Below are positions 20,526-30,317 of a stretch of DNA of 64,000 nucleotides, piece after piece. The translations under genes and the position numbers were made by a program. Every line of letters begins with the position of its first letter. Positions within the stretch are counted from its first letter, which is position 1. The notes beneath the pieces are model-generated. The model had not been told where the DNA came from and ran no database searches. It saw only the letters and a list, made by a program, of their open reading frames with translations. This DNA is from a bacterium. Its GTDB lineage: Bacteria > Zhuqueibacterota > Zhuqueibacteria > Residuimicrobiales > Krinioviventaceae. The DNA is taken from the NCBI GenBank assembly GCA_963675755.2, contig CAXXMD010000003.1:1696001-1760000 (forward strand), read 5' to 3'.

Positions 20526-21389
20526 ATGGTCGAAAAATTCACAGAACATGTAGCTGAACACGGTGCAAACGCTCATCAGGCTGCTGAACATGTAGCAAAT
20601 GCTGCAGAACACGCTGCCCATGCTGCGGAACATGGAAGCGGCGGTGGTGCGGATTTTGTGATGCATCACCTTTTGGCACACCCCGTGATCAAATTACCCA
20701 CAGTTTTTGGTATAGATCTTACCATTACCAATCATATTTTGATGATGTGGATTGTTTCCGCAATATTGATTTTGGCATTCTGGTGGTCCTTTCGCAAGAA
20801 AAAACTGGTTCCCACTGGTCTGGCAAATGCATTAGAAGCAACAGTTGAATATTTAAGAGATGATTTGATTTTGCCCAATATGGGACATCATGGAATGATT
20901 TATGCGCCCTATCTGTTAACAGCATTTTTCTTTATTTTGTTGTGTAACCTGATGGGACTGGTTCCCGGAGCTGCAACCGCAACAGGTAATATTGGTGTTA
21001 CCGGAGCGTTGGCTCTGTTAACCATGGCAATGGGACAAATCGCCGGTATACGGGCACATGGCGTGATTGGGAATTTTAAGCACTTGATTCCCGGTGGACT
21101 ACCAATCTTTATTATACCCATCATGATTCCGGTTGAAATTGTAAGTTTAATGGCAAAACATATAGCTCTTGCTATTCGTTTGTTTGCCAATATGATTGCC
21201 GGTCACATTACCATTCTGGCAATTATGTCTTTGATCTTTATGTTTAAAAGCTGGCTTGTTGCGCCAGCGCCTTTGCTGATCATTGTGTTCAGCGCGATGT
21301 TGGAGATTTTAATTGCATTTATTCAGGCCTACGTATTTACAATATTGTCGGCCGTGTTTATTGGCGCAGCAATGGCCTCTGAACATTAA
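20526..21389 (+). CDS. atpB: F0 subunit a
   Basis: N..GL.P, AT.N, L..RLFAN..AGH, IQAYVF..L; His/Ala-rich N-terminus. Confidence 0.97.
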   Translation: MVEKFTEHVAEHGANAHQAAEHVANAAEHAAHAAEHGSGGGADFVMHHLLAHPVIKLPTVFGIDLTITNHILMMWIVSAILILAFWWSFRKKKLVPTGLANALEATVEYLRDDLILPNMGHHGMIYAPYLLTAFFFILLCNLMGLVPGAATATGNIGVTGALALLTMAMGQIAGIRAHGVIGNFKHLIPGGLPIFIIPIMIPVEIVSLMAKHIALAIRLFANMIAGHITILAIMSLIFMFKSWLVAPAPLLIIVFSAMLEILIAFIQAYVFTILSAVFIGAAMASEH

Positions 21390-21440
21390 AAAAACAAAAA
21401 ATAATAAAACGTTTAACTTATCTCTATTACAGGAGGAAAA

Positions 21441-21668
21441 ATGGAAGCACAAGCAATGGCCTATTTGGCAGGTGGAATTGGAGCAGCAGGTGTAACTTTT
21501 GCAGCAGCATTTGGTATTAGTAAACTTGCAAGCGCAGCTATGCAGGGAATCGCAAGACAACCTGAAGCAACTGGCGAAATTCGTGGTGCTATGATTATTA
21601 CCGCAGCGATGATTGAAGGTGTTGCTTTGTTGTCAGCTGCTATCTGCTTTTTGTTAAGTGTAAAATAA
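21441..21668 (+). CDS. atpE: F0 subunit c, probably H+-coupled
   Basis: Helical hairpin with ARQPE loop and Glu59 in MIEG; RBS AGGAGG. Confidence 0.97.
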   Translation: MEAQAMAYLAGGIGAAGVTFAAAFGISKLASAAMQGIARQPEATGEIRGAMIITAAMIEGVALLSAAICFLLSVK

Positions 21669-21695
21669 TAAACTAAAAAAAAGCGAATTTATAAT

Positions 21696-22190
21696 ATGGA
21701 ATTAATGACACCTCAGGTCGGAACACTGTTTTGGACCTTCGTTACATTTATTATTTTGCTGCTTATTTTGAGCAAAGTTGCCTGGAAACCGATTATACAG
21801 GGTCTGGCTGAAAGAGAAACCAAAATTAAGGAAGCTCTTGAAGCTGCTGAAACTGCAAAACGAGAAGTACAGGACGCATCCGGCAAGCAAGAAGAAATTC
21901 TGGATCAAGCCCGCAAAGAGGCCCAGGATATTATTGCAAAAAGCCGAAAATCTGCTGAATTGGTGAAAGATGAAATTGTTGAAAAAGCCAATTCCGAGGC
22001 TCAAGGAATGCTTGAAACAGCCAAGCGAGAAATTGAATTAAGCCGCGATAAAGCGCTTGAAGATATTCAAGCGCTGGCTGTAGAGTTGTCAATGGCAGCT
22101 ACTCAAAAATTGATTGGTAAATCGCTGGATAAAAGCGAACATGAAACCATCATTCAAAGTTCATTGAAAAAAATGGAAGATATGAATTGA
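21696..22190 (+). CDS. atpF: F0 subunit b
   Basis: FWT.V.F...L.K.AWKPI...L.ERE, followed by a coiled coil. Confidence 0.95.
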   Translation: MELMTPQVGTLFWTFVTFIILLLILSKVAWKPIIQGLAERETKIKEALEAAETAKREVQDASGKQEEILDQARKEAQDIIAKSRKSAELVKDEIVEKANSEAQGMLETAKREIELSRDKALEDIQALAVELSMAATQKLIGKSLDKSEHETIIQSSLKKMEDMN

Positions 22191-22738
22191 GAATACATCC
22201 GGTTGCTAAAAGATATGCCAGGGCTTTTTTTGAGCTAGCTGAAGGAAAAAACAAATTTGATTCACTTTATGGTGAAGTCAAATCTTTTGCGACTATTCTT
22301 GAGCAAGACAAAAGTGTTGCAGAATATTTCTATTCTCCCAATACTGAAAAAGCTCATAAAATTGAAACCCTGGATAAGATATTTAAAGAAAAGTTAGACC
22401 CTATGGTCTATCAATTTATATTGTTATTGTTGCAGAAAAACAGAATCGAGTTTTTTGAACAGATTGTGTTTTTCCTTGAACGCTTTGCAGATAAAAAACA
22501 CAACCGCTTAAACGCGGTTGTTACCACGGTTATACCTGTTTCAGACACTCAAAAGCAAGATATTACCAAGCTTTTGTCTGAATCTTTTAAAGCAAATATT
22601 GTTTTAGAAAACAAGGTAGATCCGGAAATTCTTGGCGGAATTATAGTACAGGTTGAAGGACAGATTGTTGATGACAGTTTGTTGTCACAGTTGAAAACAT
22701 TGCGTCATGAATTATTAAAATCAGAAGCGTTTGCTTAA
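22187..22738 (+). CDS. atpH: F1 subunit delta
   Basis: VAKRYA.A, VDP.ILGG.......D.S. TTG start overlaps the atpF stop. Confidence 0.93.
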   Translation: MRIHPVAKRYARAFFELAEGKNKFDSLYGEVKSFATILEQDKSVAEYFYSPNTEKAHKIETLDKIFKEKLDPMVYQFILLLLQKNRIEFFEQIVFFLERFADKKHNRLNAVVTTVIPVSDTQKQDITKLLSESFKANIVLENKVDPEILGGIIVQVEGQIVDDSLLSQLKTLRHELLKSEAFA

Positions 22739-22822
22739 TAAAATTGGTTATAATTACAAAGAACATCGTTGTTCTGGTTTATTATTATAAACATTTGACC
22801 TCATGGAGGTATTAGAAAGCAT

Positions 22823-24334
22823 ATGGAAATAAGACCAGAAGAAATTACCTCAGTCTTAAAAAAACAGATTGAACAATTTGAGAAAAAGGTAGACGTCCAG
22901 GAAGTTGGAGAGGTTCTTCAGGTTGGTGATGGTATTGCCCGTGTATATGGGTTAGAAAACGTTATGGCAATGGAGCTTGTAGAGTTCCCAAATGACGTTT
23001 TTGGAATGGCATTAAACCTTGAAGAAGATAATGTAGGTTGTGTATTGTTCGGTGAAGACCGTAAGATTAAAGAAGGTGATATTGCCAAACGTACCAACCG
23101 CGTTATTGAAGTTCCTGTAGGCCCTGAAATGTTGGGTCGCGTTGTTAATCCCTTGGGTCAACCTCTGGACGGTAAAGGACCTATCAATACAAAACAAACC
23201 TACCCCGTTGAGCGTAAAGCGTTGGGTGTTGTTGCTCGTCAGCCGGTAAACGAACCGTTGCAGACAGGTATTAAAGCTATTGACTCTATGATCCCCATTG
23301 GCCGCGGCCAGCGTGAATTGATCATTGGTGACCGTCAGATTGGTAAAACCGCGATTGTGGTAGATACCATCATTAACCAGCGTAATACAGACGTTTTCTG
23401 TATTTATGTTGCTATCGGTCAGAAAGCTTCTACTGTTGCCCAATTGGTACAAACCCTTGAAGAAGAAGGCGCATTAAAGCATACGATAATTGTAGCTGCA
23501 CCAGCCGATTCACCGGCACCTATGCAGTACATTGCTCCTTATGCCGGTGCAGCCATGGGTGAGTATTTCCGTGATAACGGTCAGCATGCCTTGATTGCTT
23601 ATGACGATTTAACCAAGCACGCTTGGGCATATCGTCAATTGTCACTGTTGCTTCGTCGTCCTCCGGGTCGTGAAGCGTATCCTGGTGATGTGTTTTATCT
23701 TCACTCACGTCTCCTTGAACGTGCATCTAAACTGAGCGACAAACTGGGTGGTGGTTCATTGACCGCGTTACCGATCATTGAAACCCAGGCTGGTGACTTT
23801 TCAGCATATATCCCTACCAACGTTATTTCAATCACCGACGGCCAGATTTACCTCGAACCCAACCTGTTCTTTGCGGGTGTTCGTCCGGGCGTTAATGCCG
23901 GTATCTCTGTATCCCGTGTTGGTGGTAACGCGCAAATCAAAGCGATGAAAAAGATTGCGGGTAGTCTGCGTATGGACCTTGCCCAGTACCGTGAACTTGA
24001 ATCTTTTGCGAAATTCGGTTCTGATCTGGACAAAACCACACAGCAGCAATTGAACCGTGGTCAACGTTTGGTAGAGTTGCTGAAACAAAATCAGTATCAG
24101 CCATTGACTGTAGAAAAACAGGTCGCCGTTATTTATTTAGGTGTTAACGGTTATCTCGATGAAATTCCGGCAGACCAGGTAGTTCGCGCAGAAGCGGAGT
24201 TCCATAAATTTATGGAATCGAGTCATGATGATATATTGCGTGACATCCGTGAAAAACAAGAACTAACGGATGATATTGTTGGAAGTTTGAAAAACGCATG
24301 CGCCGAATTTGTTAAAATGTTTAGAACGGAATAG
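22823..24334 (+). CDS. atpA: F1 subunit alpha
   Basis: [38 protein letters not shown]. Confidence 0.99.
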   Translation: MEIRPEEITSVLKKQIEQFEKKVDVQEVGEVLQVGDGIARVYGLENVMAMELVEFPNDVFGMALNLEEDNVGCVLFGEDRKIKEGDIAKRTNRVIEVPVGPEMLGRVVNPLGQPLDGKGPINTKQTYPVERKALGVVARQPVNEPLQTGIKAIDSMIPIGRGQRELIIGDRQIGKTAIVVDTIINQRNTDVFCIYVAIGQKASTVAQLVQTLEEEGALKHTIIVAAPADSPAPMQYIAPYAGAAMGEYFRDNGQHALIAYDDLTKHAWAYRQLSLLLRRPPGREAYPGDVFYLHSRLLERASKLSDKLGGGSLTALPIIETQAGDFSAYIPTNVISITDGQIYLEPNLFFAGVRPGVNAGISVSRVGGNAQIKAMKKIAGSLRMDLAQYRELESFAKFGSDLDKTTQQQLNRGQRLVELLKQNQYQPLTVEKQVAVIYLGVNGYLDEIPADQVVRAEAEFHKFMESSHDDILRDIREKQELTDDIVGSLKNACAEFVKMFRTE

Positions 24335-24338
24335 ATAA

Positions 24339-25199
24339 ATGGCAACATTACGAGAGATTAAAGGTCGTATTGCCAGTGTAAAAAGCACAATGCAGATTAC
24401 ACGCGCTATGAAAATGGTGGCAGCGGCAAAGTTGAATAAATCTCAGCTCAGACTGATTCGTACCCGGCCATATTCACAAAAGCTTGAGCAGGTTTTAGGG
24501 AATGTGGCAAGAAAGTCAAAACAAAACAAGCATCCGATGTTGAAAAAACGTAATCCCAAACGTGTTTGTTTTGTTTTACTAACTGGTGATAAAGGTTTGT
24601 GTGGTAGTTTTAATACCAATTTAATACGTAGAGCACAGGATGAATGGTCTGCAAGTGAAGCAGATCAAAAGTATTTAATTACTATTGGTCGAAAAGGATA
24701 CGAGTTTTTTAAACGTCGTTCATATCCTATTGCTGCCCATTATATTGATGTGTTTAACAATTTAGAGTTTTCAAACGCTCAAAAAGTTGCTAACGTATTG
24801 ATGAACGATTTTAAAACCGGTAAATATGATCGGGTCTATTTTATTTATAATAAATTTTGCAATGCCGTTCAGCAAGAATTGACAGTTGAACAGGTATTGC
24901 CGGTAGTGCCCAGTTCATCTGATGAAGAAACTACTTCCGCAGGGTATGTATATGAGCCGAATCCTGAAGTTATTCTGGATACCCTGATACCGATGAGCTT
25001 GAAATTCCAGATATGGAAAATTCTATTAGAGTCTGCTACTTCGGAATTTGGCGCTAGGATGACTGCAATGGAAACAGCATCCGAAAATGCTCAGGAAATG
25101 ATTAAAGAATTGACATTATTTTATAATAAAGCGCGGCAGGCAGCGATTACGACAGAGCTGAATGAAATTGTCAGCGGCGCTGAAGCACTTAAAGGTTAA
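24339..25199 (+). CDS. atpG: F1 subunit gamma
   Basis: QIT.AMKMVAAAK, DKGLCGSFN, SE.GARMTAM..A..N, NKARQAAIT.E. Confidence 0.98.
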   Translation: MATLREIKGRIASVKSTMQITRAMKMVAAAKLNKSQLRLIRTRPYSQKLEQVLGNVARKSKQNKHPMLKKRNPKRVCFVLLTGDKGLCGSFNTNLIRRAQDEWSASEADQKYLITIGRKGYEFFKRRSYPIAAHYIDVFNNLEFSNAQKVANVLMNDFKTGKYDRVYFIYNKFCNAVQQELTVEQVLPVVPSSSDEETTSAGYVYEPNPEVILDTLIPMSLKFQIWKILLESATSEFGARMTAMETASENAQEMIKELTLFYNKARQAAITTELNEIVSGAEALKG

Positions 25200-25219
25200 C
25201 CCTTAGTCGAGCTTATTAG

Positions 25220-26656
<1,437 letters not shown>

Positions 26657-26676
26657 CAGGATAAATAAATACGACC

Positions 26677-27081
26677 ATGGCAGAAAAACAATTTAAACTG
26701 GAAATTATTACTCCTGAAAAGGTCGTTTACTCGGCTGACGTTGAGCATGTTAAGGCGCCTGCCAAAAACGGATATTTTGGTGTCAAAGTAAACCACATTC
26801 CGTTTTTAACAGTACTTAAAATTGGCAGGGTTGAAATAACAGCTGGTAAAGAAGAACTGGTTTATGCGATTAGCGGTGGTTTTGTTGAAGTTGCAGATAA
26901 TAAGATGACCATTCTGGCAGAAACTGCTGAAGCTTCCGGTGATATTGATGTTGATCGTGCTCAAAAATCACGTGAACGTGCTCAAAAACGCCTTGATGAA
27001 AAACAAGCTGAAACCAGCATGGCAAGAGCTAATGCCTCTTTAATGAGAGCATTAAATCGTCTGGAGGTTGCTTCAAGATAA
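26677..27081 (+). CDS. atpC: F1 subunit epsilon
   Basis: LEIITPE, G..G....H.P, SGGF.EV, C-terminal helices ending RA.NRL. Confidence 0.96.
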   Translation: MAEKQFKLEIITPEKVVYSADVEHVKAPAKNGYFGVKVNHIPFLTVLKIGRVEITAGKEELVYAISGGFVEVADNKMTILAETAEASGDIDVDRAQKSRERAQKRLDEKQAETSMARANASLMRALNRLEVASR

Positions 27082-27123
27082 TTAGCCTCTTGTTATATTT
27101 TGGTATAATAATTGATACGTATA

Positions 27124-27163
27124 AAGCGGCATTGAATTTATTTGGTGCCGCTTAATTTTTTTT
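27124..27163 (+). terminator. Intrinsic terminator of the atp operon
   Basis: AAGCGGCATT...GGTGCCGCTT followed by AA and a T-run. Confidence 0.75.
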
Positions 27164-27188
27164 GGTACTGTTAAACACAAACTTTTAG

Positions 27189-27217
27189 TTGCTTTTCAAT
27201 TATAAAAAAATTACTTT
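27189..27217 (+). promoter_or_regulatory. Candidate sigma70 promoter for the 27301-32567 operon
   Basis: TTGCTT-N17-TACTTT; GAGGT RBS at 27290-27294. The AT-rich context makes a chance match possible. Confidence 0.35.
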
Positions 27218-27300
27218 AAAAAATTGGGCTGGGAAGTATAAAATCCTTTTTAAAATATTATGTTCACTGATACAACAAACTGTCTATATGAGGTAAAAAA

Positions 27301-28386
27301 ATGGGTAAATTAAACTCAATGTTTGGTTTGATAAAGTATGATCTTTCAAAGGACAATTTATTGAAATTGACCAGAAAAAAAGCATATTTTCATAATCCGG
27401 CTATTGCAAAAGAAGTTGTTGATATATTTGAAGAAAATATTTATAAAAAACAACGAGAAGATCATCAAAAAAGAGGGTTTTTTACCGGTTTATGGTTTCT
27501 TGTCAAGTATTTAGTGCCTTTTTTAAAGTCCCCGGAAAAAGCTGATCTGTTAAATGAAATTCAAATCCGAAAATTGCTTGAAGCTCATGGCAGTGATCAG
27601 GTTAGACTTGATATGAAAAATATCATCGATGGTTTAACCAGTGAATATAATCTTGGTGAAATGGGCAAGATTGTAGATGTTACCGCCGTTGTTAAAGTGA
27701 TCTTGCTGGTTCTTTTCCTCATGCTGGTGATACTTGTTTCCGGTTTTGGTGAAAGAATTCGCATTTTAACAGAGGTTATGAACCCAACTGCCGAAGTGTA
27801 TCTCTTTCAAACAGTAATTGGAATAACGTTTCAAGTTGTGGCAATAGCGGCATTCTTTTGGGGTATCTTTGTGATTCCTATTCGCAAGTTGGTACAATTT
27901 AGAAATAATAATTTAATGGAAAAAGATAAACGATTTAGAGAAAACTTTTTATATTCAGCTCCTACCCAGATTATGAATTTGGGTATTATTACCATGATTT
28001 TTGCAATTGTAGGTATTATTTACTTTGAAAAGAACCAACTCCTTGATATGAGTGTTTATTTTCATTGGCAGTTGTATGATATCTTTCACGCATTTAACCC
28101 AGATCAATTTTTGAATTTCTCTAAATGGGGTTTTAATATGTTGACCTTTTTGGTTGTTGCCGGTGGCTTTACCGAAGCAGCAGCTTTTTATCTGGGATAC
28201 AAATTCCCGGATAAATTTAAAACCCACGATGAAGAAAAAGAATTGAAAATTGATGAAGCTTTTGCTGACAAATTGGCTCAGGCATTAAAAGATAAACAAG
28301 TTGTAGCGGATAAGGTTGATGCAGAAATGATCGCCCAGGGTGTTCTTGATGCATTGAAAAAAGTTAATTTTATTGTTGAAAAGTAA
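27301..28386 (+). CDS. Four-TM inner-membrane protein whose C-terminal TM pair resembles GldL/PorL
   Basis: 361 aa. NFLY...G (aa 215-228) and GGFTEAAAFYLG...P (aa 288-303) are in register with GldL NFAY...G and GLLTEALIFALS...P as recalled. Charged helical C-tail. Confidence 0.6.
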   Translation: MGKLNSMFGLIKYDLSKDNLLKLTRKKAYFHNPAIAKEVVDIFEENIYKKQREDHQKRGFFTGLWFLVKYLVPFLKSPEKADLLNEIQIRKLLEAHGSDQVRLDMKNIIDGLTSEYNLGEMGKIVDVTAVVKVILLVLFLMLVILVSGFGERIRILTEVMNPTAEVYLFQTVIGITFQVVAIAAFFWGIFVIPIRKLVQFRNNNLMEKDKRFRENFLYSAPTQIMNLGIITMIFAIVGIIYFEKNQLLDMSVYFHWQLYDIFHAFNPDQFLNFSKWGFNMLTFLVVAGGFTEAAAFYLGYKFPDKFKTHDEEKELKIDEAFADKLAQALKDKQVVADKVDAEMIAQGVLDALKKVNFIVEK

Positions 28387-28405
28387 AAAAGTGGTAATAT
28401 AGATT

Positions 28406-30280
28406 ATGGATAGGAATCGAATAGTATTACTCTTGTATGTATTGACATTTTTAATGTCAGTATACCTCAAATTTGTTGACCCGAACAGACTTGATCCGCA
28501 CAATACTCAGGAATTGTTCAGAGAAAACAATGTGATGGATATTGGCGGTATGGCCAATGATTTCCTGCAGTATTCCTGGACGACTGAGCAATCAGATGCA
28601 GAATTTGAATATAGACTTGCCCGTCAAATTGGAGACACCCTCAGCTTTACTTCTGCAAATTTTGAGCAGGGTGCCGGTAGATACCAGATAAATTACTCAC
28701 AAACATCAAATAATTTTGACGTTCAATATATGGGGCCCTCTCAGGATAGTAATGTCTATATTCAATTTGATTCCGGGAACTATTATTTTGTGCACATTAT
28801 TGAAAAAGATGGATTCTCGAAACGTATAGTAAAAAAGCAGGATAGAAATTTTGGCTATTTGTTAGATCAAGGCATAAAGTTACTTATATTCAGTGAAATA
28901 CCATTGAATAAAGATGGAAGTGCTTTGACAATTAACTATAAATACCTGCGAAGAGGTAATGATGTACTGCCAGATTCTTCAATGATCAAGAGTGTTGAGA
29001 TTAATCTGGCAGATTCAACCTGGCAGGAATTCGATGCAGGTAACCTGGCGAGTACCTTTGGCATTGACAAATTTACTTTTGCGGTTAAATATTTAATTCC
29101 TGATTCTCTTCATGGTGCTCGTGGAAATTATCTGGATGTTATTACAGAGAAGAAGCGCAAAAGATTAAATCTGAACAATCCAGGTCAGGAACCCAATGTA
29201 TTTACAGTTTCCGAAGAGATTGTAAACAAGTTTAAAATATTACACCCGCCCGAAAATTATGTTGAGAAATTAAATACCCCTGTAGGTATGCCATTTAAAC
29301 AGGTTATTTCGGCAAACTTTCCGGTTGAATACATTACCTTGTATATTGATAACAAGGAAGTTTTAAATAATGAATCTATAACGAATATTCAACTTGGAAA
29401 CAGGGAAGCACTTAAAAACAGCATTTTTGTTACGCCTACAAATAATTACCAGGTTTTTGATCTTGAATTTCCAATCACTACAAACCGTAACTTGAATGGA
29501 TTTTCTAGTCTTCAGGTTCCAATTCGGTTGGTTGCAAGATCAGGTATGTCTGTTGATGAACGAAACTGGCTGATTGAAGTTATACCCTTCCGTTTCCAGG
29601 TATGGCCGCCTATTCGCCCCATGTTTCAAAGTGAGCTAGATGATCCTGGCAACCAATTTACTGATGAAAAAGAATTGTTTGAAAGATTTATAAAAAAGTA
29701 TCCTGATGAAGAGAGTTATATCAAAGATTCTCCGGCAAATCAGGCTAAATATCCAATAGTTTATGAATCGAGACCGGTGAACTTTTTCTATTCCTTACAG
29801 AATGTAAATGCAAATCATATCCGGAATTGTGTAGTTAATGGAAATCAATCACCCAGGAATCAACTGGGTAATGTAAAATATTCTATTGATGCTGATGTGC
29901 GCAATCTGAATTTGCGGGTAAATACAAATACGAACCATTATAAACAAATTCAGTTTTATGTTGCCCAGGTACCGGATGATTATCGCATCAACATTAAAGA
30001 TAATGACTATGTTGCTTCAACAACCTTTGTAACTTTTTATCTTCACGACTTTTTTGGTGACCCCATAAAGTCTATATTGGAATTTAATGTACGTCCATTT
30101 AAAGCTACGTATGCTAACCCGGCAACATCAGAAACACAGTTTGTTTTTAATACAAAATTTTCACCAGGCTCTATTGTGAACATTGATGGTTTGAGAGTGA
30201 ATGTACCATATTCTAAACAACCGATCTCTTTAAACAGTCAAAACAGACAATTAATCATTCGTCAATTAGGTGTAGATTGA
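28406..30280 (+). CDS. Bitopic membrane protein with a GldM/PorM-like N-terminal TM and a large periplasmic region
   Basis: 624 aa. N-terminus RNRIVLLLYVLTFLM is in register with GldM RQKMINLMYLVFIAM as recalled. No obvious AxA cleavage site; beta-rich remainder. Confidence 0.55.
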   Translation: MDRNRIVLLLYVLTFLMSVYLKFVDPNRLDPHNTQELFRENNVMDIGGMANDFLQYSWTTEQSDAEFEYRLARQIGDTLSFTSANFEQGAGRYQINYSQTSNNFDVQYMGPSQDSNVYIQFDSGNYYFVHIIEKDGFSKRIVKKQDRNFGYLLDQGIKLLIFSEIPLNKDGSALTINYKYLRRGNDVLPDSSMIKSVEINLADSTWQEFDAGNLASTFGIDKFTFAVKYLIPDSLHGARGNYLDVITEKKRKRLNLNNPGQEPNVFTVSEEIVNKFKILHPPENYVEKLNTPVGMPFKQVISANFPVEYITLYIDNKEVLNNESITNIQLGNREALKNSIFVTPTNNYQVFDLEFPITTNRNLNGFSSLQVPIRLVARSGMSVDERNWLIEVIPFRFQVWPPIRPMFQSELDDPGNQFTDEKELFERFIKKYPDEESYIKDSPANQAKYPIVYESRPVNFFYSLQNVNANHIRNCVVNGNQSPRNQLGNVKYSIDADVRNLNLRVNTNTNHYKQIQFYVAQVPDDYRINIKDNDYVASTTFVTFYLHDFFGDPIKSILEFNVRPFKATYANPATSETQFVFNTKFSPGSIVNIDGLRVNVPYSKQPISLNSQNRQLIIRQLGVD

Positions 30281-30317
30281 GAAATAGAATAAAGAATAGA
30301 AATAATTCGGAGATGTC

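Noticed and set aside
27301-30280. MotAB/ExbBD/TolQR-type motor, or extra ATP synthase subunits
   Set aside because: The bitopic protein has Arg/Tyr and no TM Asp, and the acidic residue is in the polytopic partner, which is the GldLM arrangement. A terminator separates these genes from atpC.
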